Source of the DNA: an uncultured Verrucomicrobiae bacterium
Lineage (GTDB): Bacteria > Verrucomicrobiota > Verrucomicrobiia > Chthoniobacterales > UBA10450
Length of the DNA: 64,000 nucleotides
Assembly: GCA_963834385.1 (NCBI GenBank)
Contig: CAWIBO010000002.1
Span: forward strand, 576,001 to 640,000
Direction of reading: 5' to 3'
Shown: piece after piece, positions 63,080 to 64,000 of the stretch
Layout of the letters: each line of letters starts with the position of its first letter
How positions within the stretch are numbered: position 1 is the first letter of the stretch
The notes under the pieces: generated by a model
What the model was told of the DNA's origin: nothing
Seen by the model: the letters and a program-made list of their open reading frames with translations, nothing else
Databases searched by the model: none
Position numbers and translations under genes: made by a program

Positions 63080-64000
63080 TTAACATGAGGCCGTCGGGTG
63101 TTCCCGGGTCTCCGCCGCGGCCGCGCCGGGCGTCCCCTTTTCCTCCTCCGGGCGCGTTTGTTCCGTGCGCAATTGCGCCTCGCGGAAGAGGCGGAGCGAA
63201 TGGGAACGGATGTTCTCCTCGAAAAGGTCGCGGTTGATGGCCTGGGCCGCGGCGGCCCCCTGCCCGGCCGCGATGATCATCTGGCAATTGGCGGGAGTGA
63301 CGCAGCCGGCGGCATACAAGCGGGGCACGGAGGTGCGCAGGCAGTGATCGACCTTGATCTGCCCCTCTTCATCGAGCCCGGCCCCCAGTTGCTCGGCCAG
63401 GCCGGTGTGAAAAATGTCGCCCCGCGTGGTGAAAAGATAGTCGGTCGCGACGCGATCGCCGTTGGCCAGGACGAGCGCGAGAATCCGGCGGCGCCGATGT
63501 TCCACGTCGGTGATCCGTTCCCGCTCCACCGGGATCTTGTATTCCTCGAGGAGCGCCCCATGCGCGTCGTCCCAGGAAGTGGTCTCGCCGTTGGTGGCGA
63601 CGATGACGCAGGAAGAGTAGAGGAGCATCCCGAGCGCGTAATCGACCGCCTCGTTGTTGGCGCCGCAGATCACGATCCGTTTCCCGCGGACGCGGTAGCC
63701 GTCGCAGTCCTTGCAAAAAAACATGCTGTGCCCGAGACACTCCTTCACGCCCGGAATTTCCGGCGGCAGATGAAAGATGCCGGTGGCGAGAAGAAGACGG
63801 CGGGCGCGATAAGTCCGGGACCCTCCCTGAAGAACGAACTCCTCCCCATCCTGCCGCGCCGATTTGATTTCGTCGTCGGCGAACTCGACCTCATGTTTCT
63901 TCGCCTGTTTTTTTCCCTGCCGGAGCAGTTCCTCGCCGGAGACGCCCTTCGAAAAGCCGAGGTAATTTTCCACCTCCGGTTCCCAGACCGCCATGGAACG
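63080..64000 (-). CDS. Thioredoxin reductase-like FAD/NAD(P) oxidoreductase, 5'-truncated by window edge
   Basis: ENYLGF, LLATG, CKDCDG (CxxC), TSVPRLYAAG, AAGQGAAAA..IN. Confidence 0.85.
   Translation of the reverse strand, partial: RSMAVWEPEVENYLGFSKGVSGEELLRQGKKQAKKHEVEFADDEIKSARQDGEEFVLQGGSRTYRARRLLLATGIFHLPPEIPGVKECLGHSMFFCKDCDGYRVRGKRIVICGANNEAVDYALGMLLYSSCVIVATNGETTSWDDAHGALLEEYKIPVERERITDVEHRRRRILALVLANGDRVATDYLFTTRGDIFHTGLAEQLGAGLDEEGQIKVDHCLRTSVPRLYAAGCVTPANCQMIIAAGQGAAAAQAINRDLFEENIRSHSLRLFREAQLRTEQTRPEEEKGTPGAAAAETREHPTASC

Noticed and set aside
1..64000. CRISPR arrays, tRNA/rRNA, riboswitches, IS elements
   Set aside because: Intergenic gaps are short and none showed spaced repeats, cloverleaf patterns or transposase ORFs by eye; a covariance-model search was not possible

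Overview
This is a GC-rich bacterial chromosomal window, most likely Verrucomicrobiota (Chthoniobacterales-like). That placement is inferred from the Verru_Chthon-type pseudopilin cassette, the murC-murB fusion, the LysM gene inside the dcw cluster and the cox gene order. In order it contains: partial dusB; two tandem secreted Cys-His (CHAP/NlpC-like) paralogs; a His-motif TPR protein; two secreted M20 hydrolases; a bPH_2 pair; a PadR-ADOP permease unit with a clear operator; a family B DNA polymerase with a degenerate proofreading site; a complete dcw cluster (mraZ to ftsZ, with MraZ boxes and an FtsZ with an altered T7 loop); exbBD/TonB-like-guaB3-fabF; xerD; an orphan nuoA; GT4/rfbA; and a rearranged aa3-type cytochrome c oxidase operon. 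The most notable locus is 37.6-48.8 kb. A five-gene operon (TPR + ATPase-less PilB N-domain protein, pilB, a 651-aa protein with an unrecognised duplicated domain and a roadblock domain, mglA, mglB) lies back-to-back with a four-pseudopilin cassette and an Ig-like gene. It is a candidate GTPase-switched type IV filament/polarity system. About ten frameshifts, each explainable by a single inserted base, look like long-read errors rather than pseudogenes. I saw no tRNA, rRNA, CRISPR array or IS element. All assignments come from motif recognition by eye; no searches were run.
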